Shown here in pieces: positions 48,650-60,965 of a DNA stretch of 64,000 nt (its first letter is position 1; each line of letters starts with the position of its first letter). The translations under genes and the position numbers were made by a program. Source of the DNA: Iphione sp. A-MEVVRFRX5 (Eukaryota); contig OZ320313.1 in the NCBI GenBank assembly GCA_976226885.1, positions 32,116,001 to 32,180,000 on the forward strand, given 5' to 3'. The notes below the pieces were generated by a model. The model ran no database searches, was not told the DNA's origin, and worked only from the letters and a program-made list of their open reading frames with translations.

Positions 48650-49100
48650 TCACTGACAGTTTAACGACCGCCGGCTTTATCAATTCGCCCGCCTTATCGC
48701 TAGGGACCTGTTGCGCAATGTTTCTGACGGTACCGTGATGTCCCCAGGCCGCGCCCTACCTGCCGCCTACTCTTCCATCAACACGGTATAGCTACAACCG
48801 CTACCTCAAATAACAAAGGCAACCGCTCGATACCACCGTGCAGATACACCAATCACGACCTATGCCCGCACGTGACAAACCAGTCCACTCATTTGCATAT
48901 CCGCAAGACCTGCCTACATCCGCATATCTTTTACTATAAATACCTAGCGCATCCATACCACCCACAACACTTCGTTTCCGACAGCCACCATCGCTTCATT
49001 TGCTACAAGCCTACACTCGAACGTTAACTTCAGACCGCTGTGAGAAGAAGTCACCGCCTCACTCACTATCACGCTGTCGCAACAAATTAACAAGTAAGTA
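48650..49100 (+). promoter_or_regulatory. CpG-rich promoter-like island with an apparent non-coding first exon
   Basis: CCAAT 48849, CACGTG 48869, octamer ATTTGCAT 48891, TATAAATA 48935, splice donor GTAAGT 49094. Confidence 0.55.
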
Positions 49101-49225
49101 ATTCGTGTACGTACAACAACTCGACACACTATACGACCACCATCATAAGATTGACGGAAACTTCATTTTAATACACCAACTTGAATACTAGTCAGTTACG
49201 CTCACATTATACAATAAGAACACAC

Positions 49226-49447
49226 ACAGGAGGTGTCAACTATTTTGGTGAAACGTTATTGATGATTTTAGTTCAGCGCTAAACGTTATTTGCCCTTCTC
49301 AATTGTGGTGAAACGTGATTGAGCAAATACTAGTGAAGCATTATCAGGGAATTATTTCATGGTGAAGCATTATCTGACCTTTCTTTAAGCACTCGGCTCA
49401 TCTGAATTCTTGGTGAAACGTTATTGAGCCCCCCTGACCCCCCCTGT
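49226..49447. mobile_element. 222-bp MITE with 13-bp TIR and 7-bp TSD
   Basis: acaggaggtgtca...tgacccccccctgt-like ends (2 mismatches over 13 bp). AACACAC on both flanks (49219-49225, 49448-49454). Six internal ggtgaa(a/g)c(g/a)ttat-like motifs. Confidence 0.65.
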
Positions 49448-50485
49448 AACACACTTGTCGCACAATTCAAACTCTACAAACCATGACTACATTCCGAACA
49501 TATGCAAAAACAATAACAACGTACATGTTGTTCCGATAGAACCTTTAAACTACCTATATAACACGTTACCTAACTGTAAAGCATGGAAAAAACATCATAT
49601 GTGTATGACAATCTTCCTGGTCCTCATAATTAAGTAATGTAAATCTTTTGGAATATCACTGCTCTATGTTTCAAGGTAAAACCGCAATGTAAATAACAAC
49701 ATAAATTTCTACACTACTTTTCAGTAACATGTTATCCCTTACCGATTTGTACATATAGAGCCTATACTTTAACCATATAAACAACTAGACATCATAAGTG
49801 TAATTTGTCCATGAACCGAACACACTTATAATTACACAATTGACCACTTTCTTTCCCGGAATTACAACCACTCACCTGACACGTAGCACTGACCTGTAGA
49901 TACTCAGTCAACTTAAACCTCAACTGAATTGGTTCTACAATACTCATCACTTCACTAACGCTACGCTTTGTAAGTTTCTTCCACACATATACTACCCTGT
50001 TAAGAAACTTGGCCAAACAATCCGCCCGATGGACACTTTCACTGCCACTTAAACTTCCGTACACCATTTGTTATAGAACATTTTATCAACTTTTCAACTT
50101 CCTGTTCCAACAAATTTACATATCTGTGCACTTTGTTTAAACCCTACAGCTGTCAACTCAGCGGTTGACCATACATACCTAATAGACAACTATAAGGACA
50201 TCGGCTATCTCAACATCCACCATAAAAACGCCTTAACTCCGGTAAGTGCCAAACATGTACACTTGACATTCACTATTAACACTTGCAAAATACAACCTAA
50301 CCTACGCTACTTACATACAACTTCCGCCTTCAGAAATTTCACCATGGTCTACTTTTTCCAACCCAGTTTTTCAACTTCTAAATTACAACTACAATTTTTA
50401 CGTTGACCTATACAAACTACAAATACGCATATATATATGATTAAACCCTGTCAATTGAGTCCTCTTTTGTACACACACTACTTAC

Positions 50486-50951
50486 GGTAACCGGTCAACT
50501 GGGCCCGTAAGTCAATTGAACCCGTCAACTAAGCCCCTAGTCGGCGGTGGTGGTGGCGGCGGCGGCGAGAGTGTCGCACTGCCGGCCCGTAATGGGCGGT
50601 GGTAACGGCCGCGGCAACGACCACTGTGTTATCGCACTACCGGCCCGTAGTCGGCGGCGGCGGCCACAATGTTCAAACTCCATCTAGTGCATTCTGTTGG
50701 TAATATATGTCTATATGTGAGACCCCCCACACCCCCCTTATTTCTGTAAAGGATCTTGACTGAAAAGGGTGGACGGAGACCCCCCGCACCCCCCCCCCCT
50801 TTTTTGTAAAGAATCGTGACTGCAAAAAATGTCAACTGACATGAGAAGGAATTGAACCTGTATATCTGGCACAAGTCCCCTGGTGGACCGAATCACTTAC
50901 GGGCCCAATTGACGGGCCCAATTGACTTACGGGCCCAGTTGACCAGGAATC
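50486..50951. mobile_element. 466-bp GC-rich MITE with long TIRs and 8-bp TSD
   Basis: ggtcaactgggcccgtaagtcaattg near the left end is perfectly inverted near the right end. CTACTTAC on both flanks (50478-50485, 50952-50959). Confidence 0.85.
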
Positions 50952-53049
50952 CTACTTACTAGTGTCCCGTTACATACCACATCTTCCCTAACAATGTTGT
51001 CATAGATTCTTGAAATCGGCAATCCAACCACTTCTATCTAACACTATATGAACAATCAGCTGTAAGCTAATTTTTTCCAATGTTACTATCATCATGAAAC
51101 CTATTGTTGAACTATATAGTTATATCCTCAATCTACATCATTAGTTCAGTAACTTATGCAAGATGTAACATACCATATTAATCTAGTTTAAATGTTGCAC
51201 ATATGAACACTAGCACCGATATTCTGCATTTGCCACTGTAACTATCCATGCCTGATGAACGAAACAAATTGAATTAATAATTAATGCTACATCCCAAACC
51301 CCGCCGGGACTCACTACCACCACCAAACACCTTAAATGTAAAAACCAACTACACACTTGTCCTTTGCTTGCCTCCCTAATCTACGTACACTTCCACTTAT
51401 CCATCATAAATTACGCAGAAATGGAACCATCGTTAACAACAACTTTTCTCCTACAGACATTCACGGACAAGTATTCGCCCCGGACACCATCACAAGATTA
51501 CATGTAGTAACCTTTTTCCAACTCAACAACGACTTCAGGTAAGTTATAGGCACACTCTCTTGTTTTCCACATTGGTAAAGTTGTCACAGAACATTGTGTT
51601 TACCGACTATTTTACTGATACACTTTTCACTTACCAACTTTTGTATACACTATACCGACTACAATAACTCATTGACCATTCATGAAATTTTAACACTACT
51701 CTACTGAAAGCGCCAACAACCTAAAACACACATTTTTCTTTACAGAACACCGAGACAACGAAACACCTCATAATAACTTCAACACTCTACACCGGTTTCG
51801 TCATTAACTTCTGGCCTTCTGTACCAAGTATGGTTAATACCAATCTCAGGCACCTGACACTCTGAGATGCACTTCGGCCATACTTACCTACGCGCCACAT
51901 GTCCGGACGATTCTACTGACTAAAACATCTGCTCCGCGCCCGACAAGACATCAACCCCAAGACTACAACCATCTTTCCGCCGTAACTCCTTAAGAAACCC
52001 AAAACGTCTTTGGTAAATTACTTCACGTAGCACTGTATATTCTGTGGACCTCCATGTGTAAGATCATGTCAGAGCCATGACTACTTTACGGACACTGAAA
52101 TGAACACACACTTTTCATCCCAACTAAGTGAATTGATTTAAACCTGACTCCTTTCCAGATTAGTATTATTTCACAACACACATTATTGTCACATTAGGTA
52201 TAGTTTTAGTAAATACTCTGTACCTCTTGTCTTGTTATCACACTCTCACGTCTCGAACATTATGTATTACCGAGTTCGACTTTATACTCTTAACTAACAC
52301 GTATTTCATTTCAGAAGTGTTCTCCCTGCACCAGAACACTCAATCCATTTACTTCGATTCTTCCATTGAGAACGTGTGAAAAGTACTTATCGTAAACTTA
52401 TACTGCTACCTTCCTTCAGCCACTTCAGACTACACTCGACACAGACTCTATAACCTTGTCAACTGTTTTGTGCAGCATATTTTTTCACCAGTTCTTCTTT
52501 GCAAAGAATCTAGCACCTAAACTATTCCTCTTTCCGTCTACTTCTTCAAGAACCAACCTCATCCATACATTCTTCTCTGCGTACAAAAACATTGACTTTT
52601 CTTCCTTATTACTTACCAAACTTACCTATTGTATCCACCTGTACTTCTACCAAGGTCATCAGAAATCGACACCAAACATTGTGTATTTATCGCATTAACT
52701 ACAAACCATTAACCTACCCACCTAAGTTACAAACCTTGCCTCTAAATTAAACTTTAAAAACTTCTTTGAATTCAAATCCATAATGTTTTCCGCAATCATT
52801 CGGTCAAATACCAACACATGTGCCTCTATTTCTTTCACCAATTATGTAAATAACTATCTAATGTTTCCGCCAATAACATAAGTCACCGCCACACTTATTG
52901 CAACTCAAGGTTAGTCTTGTTGACCATTGAATGAATTCCTTTGTATTGTTCAGATTCCTCACTGCTCAGTACCAATGCTTCTTTGATTAGTACCTTCTTC
53001 TCCCAAAAATACACTAATCCAATACCGCTTCCTTGTCTTGCTTCCACAG

Positions 53050-54650
53050 CTCTTCGTACTCATTTTCATTTACTGAAGTCCTTATCCCTTGTTTCACTTT
53101 TAAAAGCAACTAAAACTACACATAGTAAAAACCAACTTACACTTAACAAGTGTAATTCCGTCTCACCAACCTTCATTAGACAATTGGCCAAATTTTACAT
53201 GACACTTTCCAGTTGAACTTAATGGAATTCTGTCAATTTCTTCATCTCCATTACAACCTTCTTCTAGTCCAGTTCTTGATTCATTCCTGCATGGATTTTC
53301 CCTTATATTGTTCAAGTTCCTAAGTATAAATGCCAATGCTTCCTTGATCAATGCCTTCTTCAGACTATCTCCTAAATTCCCTACCTCTACCGAATGTTAT
53401 GCTCCTGCATAAATTTTTCCCTCACATTGTTCAAGTTCCTAAGTATCAATGCCAATGCTTCTTTGATCAATGCCTTCTTCAGACTATCTCCTAAATTCCC
53501 TACCTCTACAGAATGCTATAATAATCCAACTCACATTCTTGGGCTACCTTCACAGCTATTTTTTCTCTCATGAATACACTCAATCCTTATCCCTTAGTTC
53601 ACTTTTAGGAAAAAACTAAAACTATACCATATACTTCATATTACACTAGTCAGGAAAATACAATCCCAATTTCCTTCATACGCTGAAGCCTAGATTTTAC
53701 CTGACACATTCCAGTGCACGTTACTAGTATTATGCGAGTTGAACAATATTCATTGCAACCTTCTTCTCGACCGGTTCTTAATCTCTAATTCTTTCACTAA
53801 AATCCTTGTCCCCTTGGTTCACTTTCAAATCGGAACTAAACTACATCGTGTACTCAACTTAACCTTGTCAGATATAATACCGTCCCACTTACCTTCGTTA
53901 CACTATGCCTCAGTTATCACTACAGTCTCTACATTAACTCGTAGATAACACAACTAAAACTATATGGTATACTCCAGCTTACACGTGCCAAACGAAACCA
54001 CTCACTTCCCTTCATTACGCATCTAGACTCCATTTTGCATTTTGGTCTCTTCTTTCACTTTTACAATAACTAAAACTATATCGTGTACTCAAAGTTACAC
54101 TTATCCAATGTACCACCGTCCCACCTCCCTTAATTACACTAAAACTTCCATCTCCGTGGTATCCGAATTACACTTATCAAACGAACACCATCCCACCTCC
54201 CTTCATTACACTAAAACTTACATCTTGCTGTCGCTTTCTAGTACCAGTTACTAGAAAGCGACAATTCATTCATGCCCATTGCAACTTTCTTCTGATCCTG
54301 TTCTTGTCATACTCCTAAGCATTTATGCACTATGTCTTTCGCCTCGTACTACCACATTCCTTTTATACTACTACGCTTATTGCACTCTATTACGCTGTAG
54401 ACTTGGTTATACAATTTCATCCTTTGGTTCACGTTTCCATAAAAAACTCATTACCATATACCCCGTCCTACACTTGTCAAATTAAATATCATCCCACTTT
54501 CTTTCATTAAGCCTTTACACTCCATTTTACGTTTTCATCCCTTGGTTCACTTTTAGCAAAGATGTACTATATTATGAACTCCAGCTTACACTTATCAGGT
54601 GTACTACTGTCCCACCTACCTTTATTACACAAATGGTCATATTTTGCTTA
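53050..54650. repeat. Degenerate repeat cluster including an about 120-bp tandem duplication (53307-53510)
   Basis: ttgttcaagttcctaagtat.aatgccaatgctt...ccctacctctac occurs twice. cccttg/agttcacttt...aactaaaacta recurs at about 53085, 53590, 53850 and 54540. Confidence 0.7.
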
Positions 54651-55019
54651 ATACTTTTACTAATATAAATGGTGTTCTGCCAGTTCATTCATATCCATTA
54701 CAGCCTTCTTCTCGTCCTGAACAACTTCGTGCCTACACTTCGTTCGAAATTCCACAAATTATATAAAATATCATTGTCTTCATTTGAATTGCATTTAACT
54801 TGCCCTCCTCACCTCATTTCCATACTACACTAGAAACACCAGCAAACACCTTAAAACCCATAAAGTATAATAATACAGAAACCTTTTGTCCTCACAACAC
54901 AACTACTTAACATACAATATCCTTGCATAACCTCTATTTCCTACCTATCAACTGCTGTATTCAGTATACATACCATGAAACATACTTTTTACTACATGAA
55001 ACATACAGCACACGACCTA

Positions 55020-55262
55020 TTCCACAATTATATCTACTACTTACACATCCTCGCACACTCCCTCGATTCGAACAAAAATATGTGCGATGAGTTCGACAAA
55101 AACTCGAACATGTGACACAGTAACTATTCTACAACACTAAACATCCATACACACAACATGTCCCTCAATTATATCTGCTGCTTACACATCCTCGCACACT
55201 CCCTACATTGGAACAAGAATGTGTGCGATGAGTTTGACAAAACTCAAACATGTGACACAGTG
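55020..55262. repeat. Tandem duplication, about 143 bp
   Basis: caattatatct.ct.cttacacatcctcgcacactccc...gtgcgatgagtt.gacaaaa...catgtgacacagt occurs twice. Confidence 0.85.
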
Positions 55263-55939
55263 AAGCGTAACTATTTTATCACGACCGACTGCCTTAGTAG
55301 TATATATTACCAGGTGACTTTGTGTACATACCTTGTTTTAAAAGTTGTTTTCCAATGTAGTACACCATAAATACACAAATACACTTAACAAAGGTACCCA
55401 TAACCATTCTCCTACTAAACTTTGTAACATACAAGTTCTTCTTGAACAATAATTACCACTGTTTTTCGTGGTTTCTCCTGGTAAATCTTCAGATATGTAT
55501 CGTATGTTTTACATGAATCTTTTAGACGATAGTAAAATCTTTCTTTGACAACAAATCCTTAACCCACCGCACTCCCTAGATAAAAACAAAAAAGTATCCA
55601 ATGAGTTAAACACAACTACAACATGTAACAAAAACAAACCGATACTGGTTAATTAAGCAAACTGCCAGTTATTGGTGTACATACCATCTCTTATACTATT
55701 TGTTCGCCAACAGTAACACCCCAAAAACTTACACACATATACTTAAACAGGTCTACCAATAACCATCTTCCTACTAAACTTTCTAACGAACAAATTCTTC
55801 TTCACCACATATATTTCCGCTGTTTTTCATGGTTTCTCTTGGTAGATTTTCACATATATGTCATGTGTACTACACCAGACTGTTGAACAAATGGTAAATC
55901 TTTCATTGACAAAAACCCGGAACCCACAAACACAAACAC

Positions 55940-56260
55940 TTAACACATAAGTACCCATAAAATAAACACAATCCGCCCTCCACAAGTTGATTCTTCCACA
56001 TGAGAGTATTCTTCTTCTTTATACCAACAACTACTCCTAATCAAAGTCTGCTGCCCCCTCTTTCTGAGCAAGTCACTCCTCCACATGAATGTCTGCAGCT
56101 CCTTTTTCAGCCGACTCTTCCACATTATGGTCTACGTCCATATGTTCTACCTCTTTGTCACCAACTGACTCCTCCACATCGATGTCTGCTCCTTCTATTT
56201 TAGCCGACTCTTCCACAACGTGGTCCTTCTTTGACTTCAGTAATAATTCTTCGTCCCTGA
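55940..56260 (-). pseudogene. Decayed exon encoding acidic repeats (DH(N/V)VEESAEK-like)
   Basis: tatcAG acceptor, then DEELLLKSKKDHVVEESAKIEGADIDVEESVGDKEVEHMDVDHNVEESAEKGAADIHVEE* with further stops. Confidence 0.4.
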
Positions 56261-56639
56261 TATAATACAGCAAGTCAAAAAGACGCCATGTATGCAAATT
56301 GTCCGACTCACATAGTTAAGAAACAATTACCTAAAAATTGAAACTTTCAAAGTTAGACGTCCCATTGTATATACAGTACAGTGCAAACTCACTTAATGCT
56401 TACAATCTTTCTGTCAACGTACTATGAATTGTTGGCATCCTGTACTCCTTTTTCAAAAACTCTTCCACTCTGTCACATTGTGGTCTTCTTCTTGTGAAAC
56501 TCTACAAAACAAAAGTTGTCAAGGTTCAAAATCCCATTGTATTACATGGAAAATGTTAGCATACTGCTCCTGGTATGGTCTTCTACTTGTAAAAGCTCTC
56601 GAAAGTAAAATTGTCAAAGTTGAAAGTCCCATTGGATGT

Positions 56640-57490
56640 AAAGTACAGTGCAATTAACGAATTGCATGCAGTCGTCCAATGTTGGGACCTTTCCTTCTAT
56701 TTCAGTCCGTCCAACTGACTTCCACTTGACTTCCTGTCCACTGCTCCTTTTCAGCAAACTGGTCCACTCCTCCACATTGTGGTCTTCTTCTTGTAAAAAC
56801 TCTACAATGAGCGTACTTGTCAACAAGTCTCATTGTATGTGCAATAGAGTGCAGCAGACTAAATGCATGCAGTCTTCCAATGTTGGGACCTCTCCTTCTA
56901 CTTCTTAATACTCCCTATATATTTACTATATCTTCATGTACAACGTTAGAAACACTGTACAATACAAAAACTTCATTGACTTCCTGTCCACTGCTCCTTT
57001 TCAGCAAACTGGTCCACTCCTCCACATTGTGGTCTTCTTCTTGTAAAAACTCTACAATGAGCATAGTTGTCAACATTAGAAGTCCCATTGTATGTGCAAT
57101 AGAGTGCAGCAAACTAAATGCATGCAGTCTTCCAATGTTGGGACCTCTCCTTCTACTTCTTAAAACTCTCTATATATTTACTATATCTTCATGTACAACG
57201 TTAGAAACACTGTACAATACAAAAACTTCATTGACTTCCTGTCCACTGCTCCTTTTCAGCAAACTGGTCCACTCCTCCACATTGTGGTCTTATTCTTGTA
57301 AAAACTCTACAATGAGCGTAGTTCTTAACATTAGGGGTCCCATTGTGTGTGCAATAGAGTCCAGCAAACTAAATGCATGCAGTCTTCCAATATTGGGACC
57401 TCTCCTTCTACTTCTTAATACTCTCTATATATTTACTATATCTTCATGTACAACTTAGAAACACTGTACAATACAAAAACTTCATTCAAC
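56640..57490. repeat. About 250-bp tandem repeat, 3-4 copies
   Basis: ttgacttcctgtccactgctccttttcagcaaactggtccactcctccacattgtggtc starts at 56726, 56976 and 57231. Confidence 0.92.
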
Positions 57491-57559
57491 TTTGAACAAA
57501 ACTAAACCCACTTAAAATTACTTCAAGTCAATGACCAACGCTTACACACCCGCACGGAC

Positions 57560-58700
57560 AACAAGGTATATCTATCATTTTTTATTGATTCGACTTGAGC
57601 ACCAACTGTTGCTACACTTCCACCTACCATCCCATTTCCAAACTGGAACCCAATTCCTCTCTATATATCTGTCAACTTTTATTGGTTCAGCACATGCAGT
57701 CTTCCAATGTTGGAGCCTCTCATTCTACTTCTTAATACTCTCTGTATATTTACTAACTCTTCTTGACAACTTTGAAAACAGTGTACAACACAAAGAAATT
57801 CATTCAATGGTGAACAAAACTAAGTTTACAGTCATCCAGTGTTGGGGCCTCTCCTTCTACTGTTGCTGGCTTCAACCTATCATCCCATTTCCAAACTGGA
57901 ACCGTATTCCTGTCTATATATCTATCAACTTTTATTGATTAGACAGGTCAGTCATCCAATGTTGGGGCCACTCCTTCTACCTCTTAATACTCTCTATGTA
58001 TCTACTATCTCTTCTTGACAACTTTGAAAGCAATGTACAACACAAAGAAATTCATTCAATGGTGAACAAAACTGAGTTCACAGTCATCCAATGTTGGGGC
58101 CTCTCCTACTACTGTTCCTGGCTTCAACCTATCATCCCATTTCCAAACTGGAACCGTATTCCTGTCTATATATCTATTAACTCTTATTGATTCGACAGGT
58201 CAGTCATCCAATGTTGGAGCCTCTCCTTCTACTTCTTAATACTCCCTGTATATTTACTATCTCTTCTGGACAACTTTGAAAACAGTGTACAACACAAAGA
58301 AATTCATTCAATGGTGAACAAAACTAAGTTCACTTAAGACTTTGTTCAACTACAATAACCAACAAACACACCCACCATGACAAAAGACTATATCTGTCAA
58401 CATTTGTTAATTCAACACAATACAAAAACAACTGTTGTTGCCCTTACACGTATCATCACCTTTCCAAACTGGAACCCGGTTCCTATCTATATGTCTCAAC
58501 TCTTATTGATTCGACCAAAACAACAACAACTGTTGTTCCGCTTCCACCTATCATCCCGTTTCCAAACAAGACCCAATTCCTGCCTATATATCGATCAACT
58601 TTTATTGATTCGACCAAAACAAAGGGAACTGTTGTTGCGCCTCCACCTATCATCCCGAATCCAAACTGGAACCCTATTCCTGTCTTACACACTATTGCAC
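57560..58700. repeat. Degenerate about 240-300-bp tandem repeats related to the 250-bp family
   Basis: Recurrent gtcatccaatgttggggcctctccttctac, atcatcccatttccaaactggaacc and aaattcattcaatggtgaacaaaact. Confidence 0.85.
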
Positions 58701-60234
58701 TAAGCTGCTACATTGCTTCCTATAAAATTTCCCTCTGAATTTATATATAGATATATACAAAGACTACTATTCCAACTCATTACTAGCGACGCGACTACCC
58801 ACAATTTGAGTTTGGCCTTTGCTCCACCAAATTCATACAAACCTATTTCAAGTGAGAGTAGCTTCAGGTTACCGTTAACCTAACTCCACAAACTACTCCT
58901 TTACTTTTTGTTTCTAGTGAAACCCCTCAAACACAATACATACACAACATTGAAAACCACACCAAATAACCTTAACTGTAACATCACTTAGGTACTCTAT
59001 GCCTAACACACACGAACACCTCACGCCTTTCTTATCACCTTCTAAAAATGTTCGCCAGACTCCTTTACTCCCTCTCCTTACACTTTATCTTATATACTAA
59101 CCTATGCAACGCTGTAATTTTTTACACTTTGATTCATGCAAAACAACACTACCCTTCACCGACCGACCTATTGAACATCACCCAACCCACTAATAACACT
59201 CTCCACTTGTATCAGCTTCTAGTATTTAATCACTTTACTACAACTTCCTGTGTATTTACTCTATTCTGAAAAACGTTTTGCAAAGACTGTACAATACAAA
59301 AACATTCCTTCAACGTGAAAACAGTAACCTCACTTGTTATTACTAACTAAATGCGCCCCACCTTATAAAACTACTCTAGACTTCAAGAAGCTTCTAAAAC
59401 TGTTCAATATACTTAATACTCCCTGAATATTTAGTATATCGTCATATACATCTTTGAATGCACTGTACAATTCAAAAATTCATTCAATGGTGAACAAAAC
59501 TAAGCTCACTTAAAACTTAGTTGAACTACGATGACCAACGATTACACAATGTAGTATCCAAATTTAGTACGACTTCCTAGCAAGTATCTAGTACACCAAG
59601 AACTACCAAATACTGTTTTCAGTTTCTGCGAAGTTAAAAAACACATAGAAACACTGCATAGGTGGTGTCATGTAAAATATCACACACAACACCTTGCCAA
59701 CAAACTTTTCTACCGATTGTAAATATAAACTATATGTTAGCGGTACTCTATGCTCCGTTTACTGAGTCTCTTATATTGTTATTTCATAAGGACGATATGT
59801 ACATACGATTCATTCAATGAGTTACAACACTATCCTTCCTTAACAATGGTTTGGTGCAATACGCCTGACCCTGACACCACTTTCCTGTTTCAGCACCATC
59901 TATTACCTATTCACAACCTCGCGTACTCCCACTAGACAAGCTCTATTTTATACTATTACATTACTATCAAGTTATCCCCCAAACCCACACCTCGGTTAAT
60001 ACACATAAAACTAAATTGACGCCTGGCGCTACCGCCAACCAATCACGTACACTGAACCGCACCTACTGGTACTTTATCACGTATTGAACATAACCAACCC
60101 TGTTTCAATGTTGGACTGAATACCTACTGAAGTTTCTATTCCCGGTGTTGTCAAATGTGGTGTTTCGCTTGACGCGTTGCATATATGTGCTTTACTACTT
60201 ATTGCCAAACAATTGTATTACATCTTGATTTGTT

Positions 60235-60965
60235 CTTTGTACTACGTCTTACTTTAAGTTCTGTATCAACTGTACACAACTATGTCACCAACATCTATTA
60301 CTGTATACGGTTTTTGGTATGTAAGAGCATTCTAATTACCTCAATAATTCGTTTTTCTGAATAAAAACCACATATCTTCCACTTCATCTTTACTCAGTTT
60401 TATGTAAACCTTAGAAATACGCCATAGTACTTTGTACTACGCCTTAGGCCTACAAAAAAAAGTTCTGTGTTTCCGGTAACAGGCTAAAAAAATACAGGGT
60501 CGGTCGGTACATCACATATTTTTTTTTTCTTTATTTTTCACTGTAAAAGAACGCTGAAAGCAACAGATGTGTATGGCAATATTACTTATACTGGTTAGAT
60601 TTTTAAGAAAACATATGTCAAATGGAAGCCAGAAAACTAAAGAACAATTTGGAGTATAGAACATGTCTCTATCATTATTCATGCCAAAGTTATTCAAAAA
60701 ACAAGAAAAAAAAAAATATAACAATAGAGTCTAATGAAGGATAGGTCAAGTTACCGGAAACACAGATATTTTTTGTTTAGGCCTTACTTTAAATTCTATA
60801 TCGACTATACACAACTGTGTCACCAACATCTACTACTGTGTACGTTTTTTTGTATGTAAAACCATTCTAATAACCTCAATAATTCGTTTCTCTGAATAAA
60901 AACCACATATCTTCCACTTCATCGTTGCTCAGTTTTATGTAAACCTTAGAAATACGCCGTAGTAC
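60235..60965. repeat. 195-bp tandem duplication whose second copy carries a MITE
   Basis: Copy 1 begins ctttgtactacgtcTTActttaagttctg (60235). Copy 2 begins ctttgtactacgccTTA[MITE]TTActttaaattcta (60430). Confidence 0.85.
60447..60783. mobile_element. 337-bp PIF/Harbinger-type MITE
   Basis: TIR ggcct(ac/aa)a.aaaaa..tctgtgtttccggtaac (about 34 bp) at both ends. TTA TSD, confirmed by the empty paralogous site. Confidence 0.88.

Noticed and set aside
56817-58703. Plus-strand ORFs of 108-213 aa in the repeat block
   Set aside because: Their periodicity mirrors the DNA repeats and they have no domain signatures.
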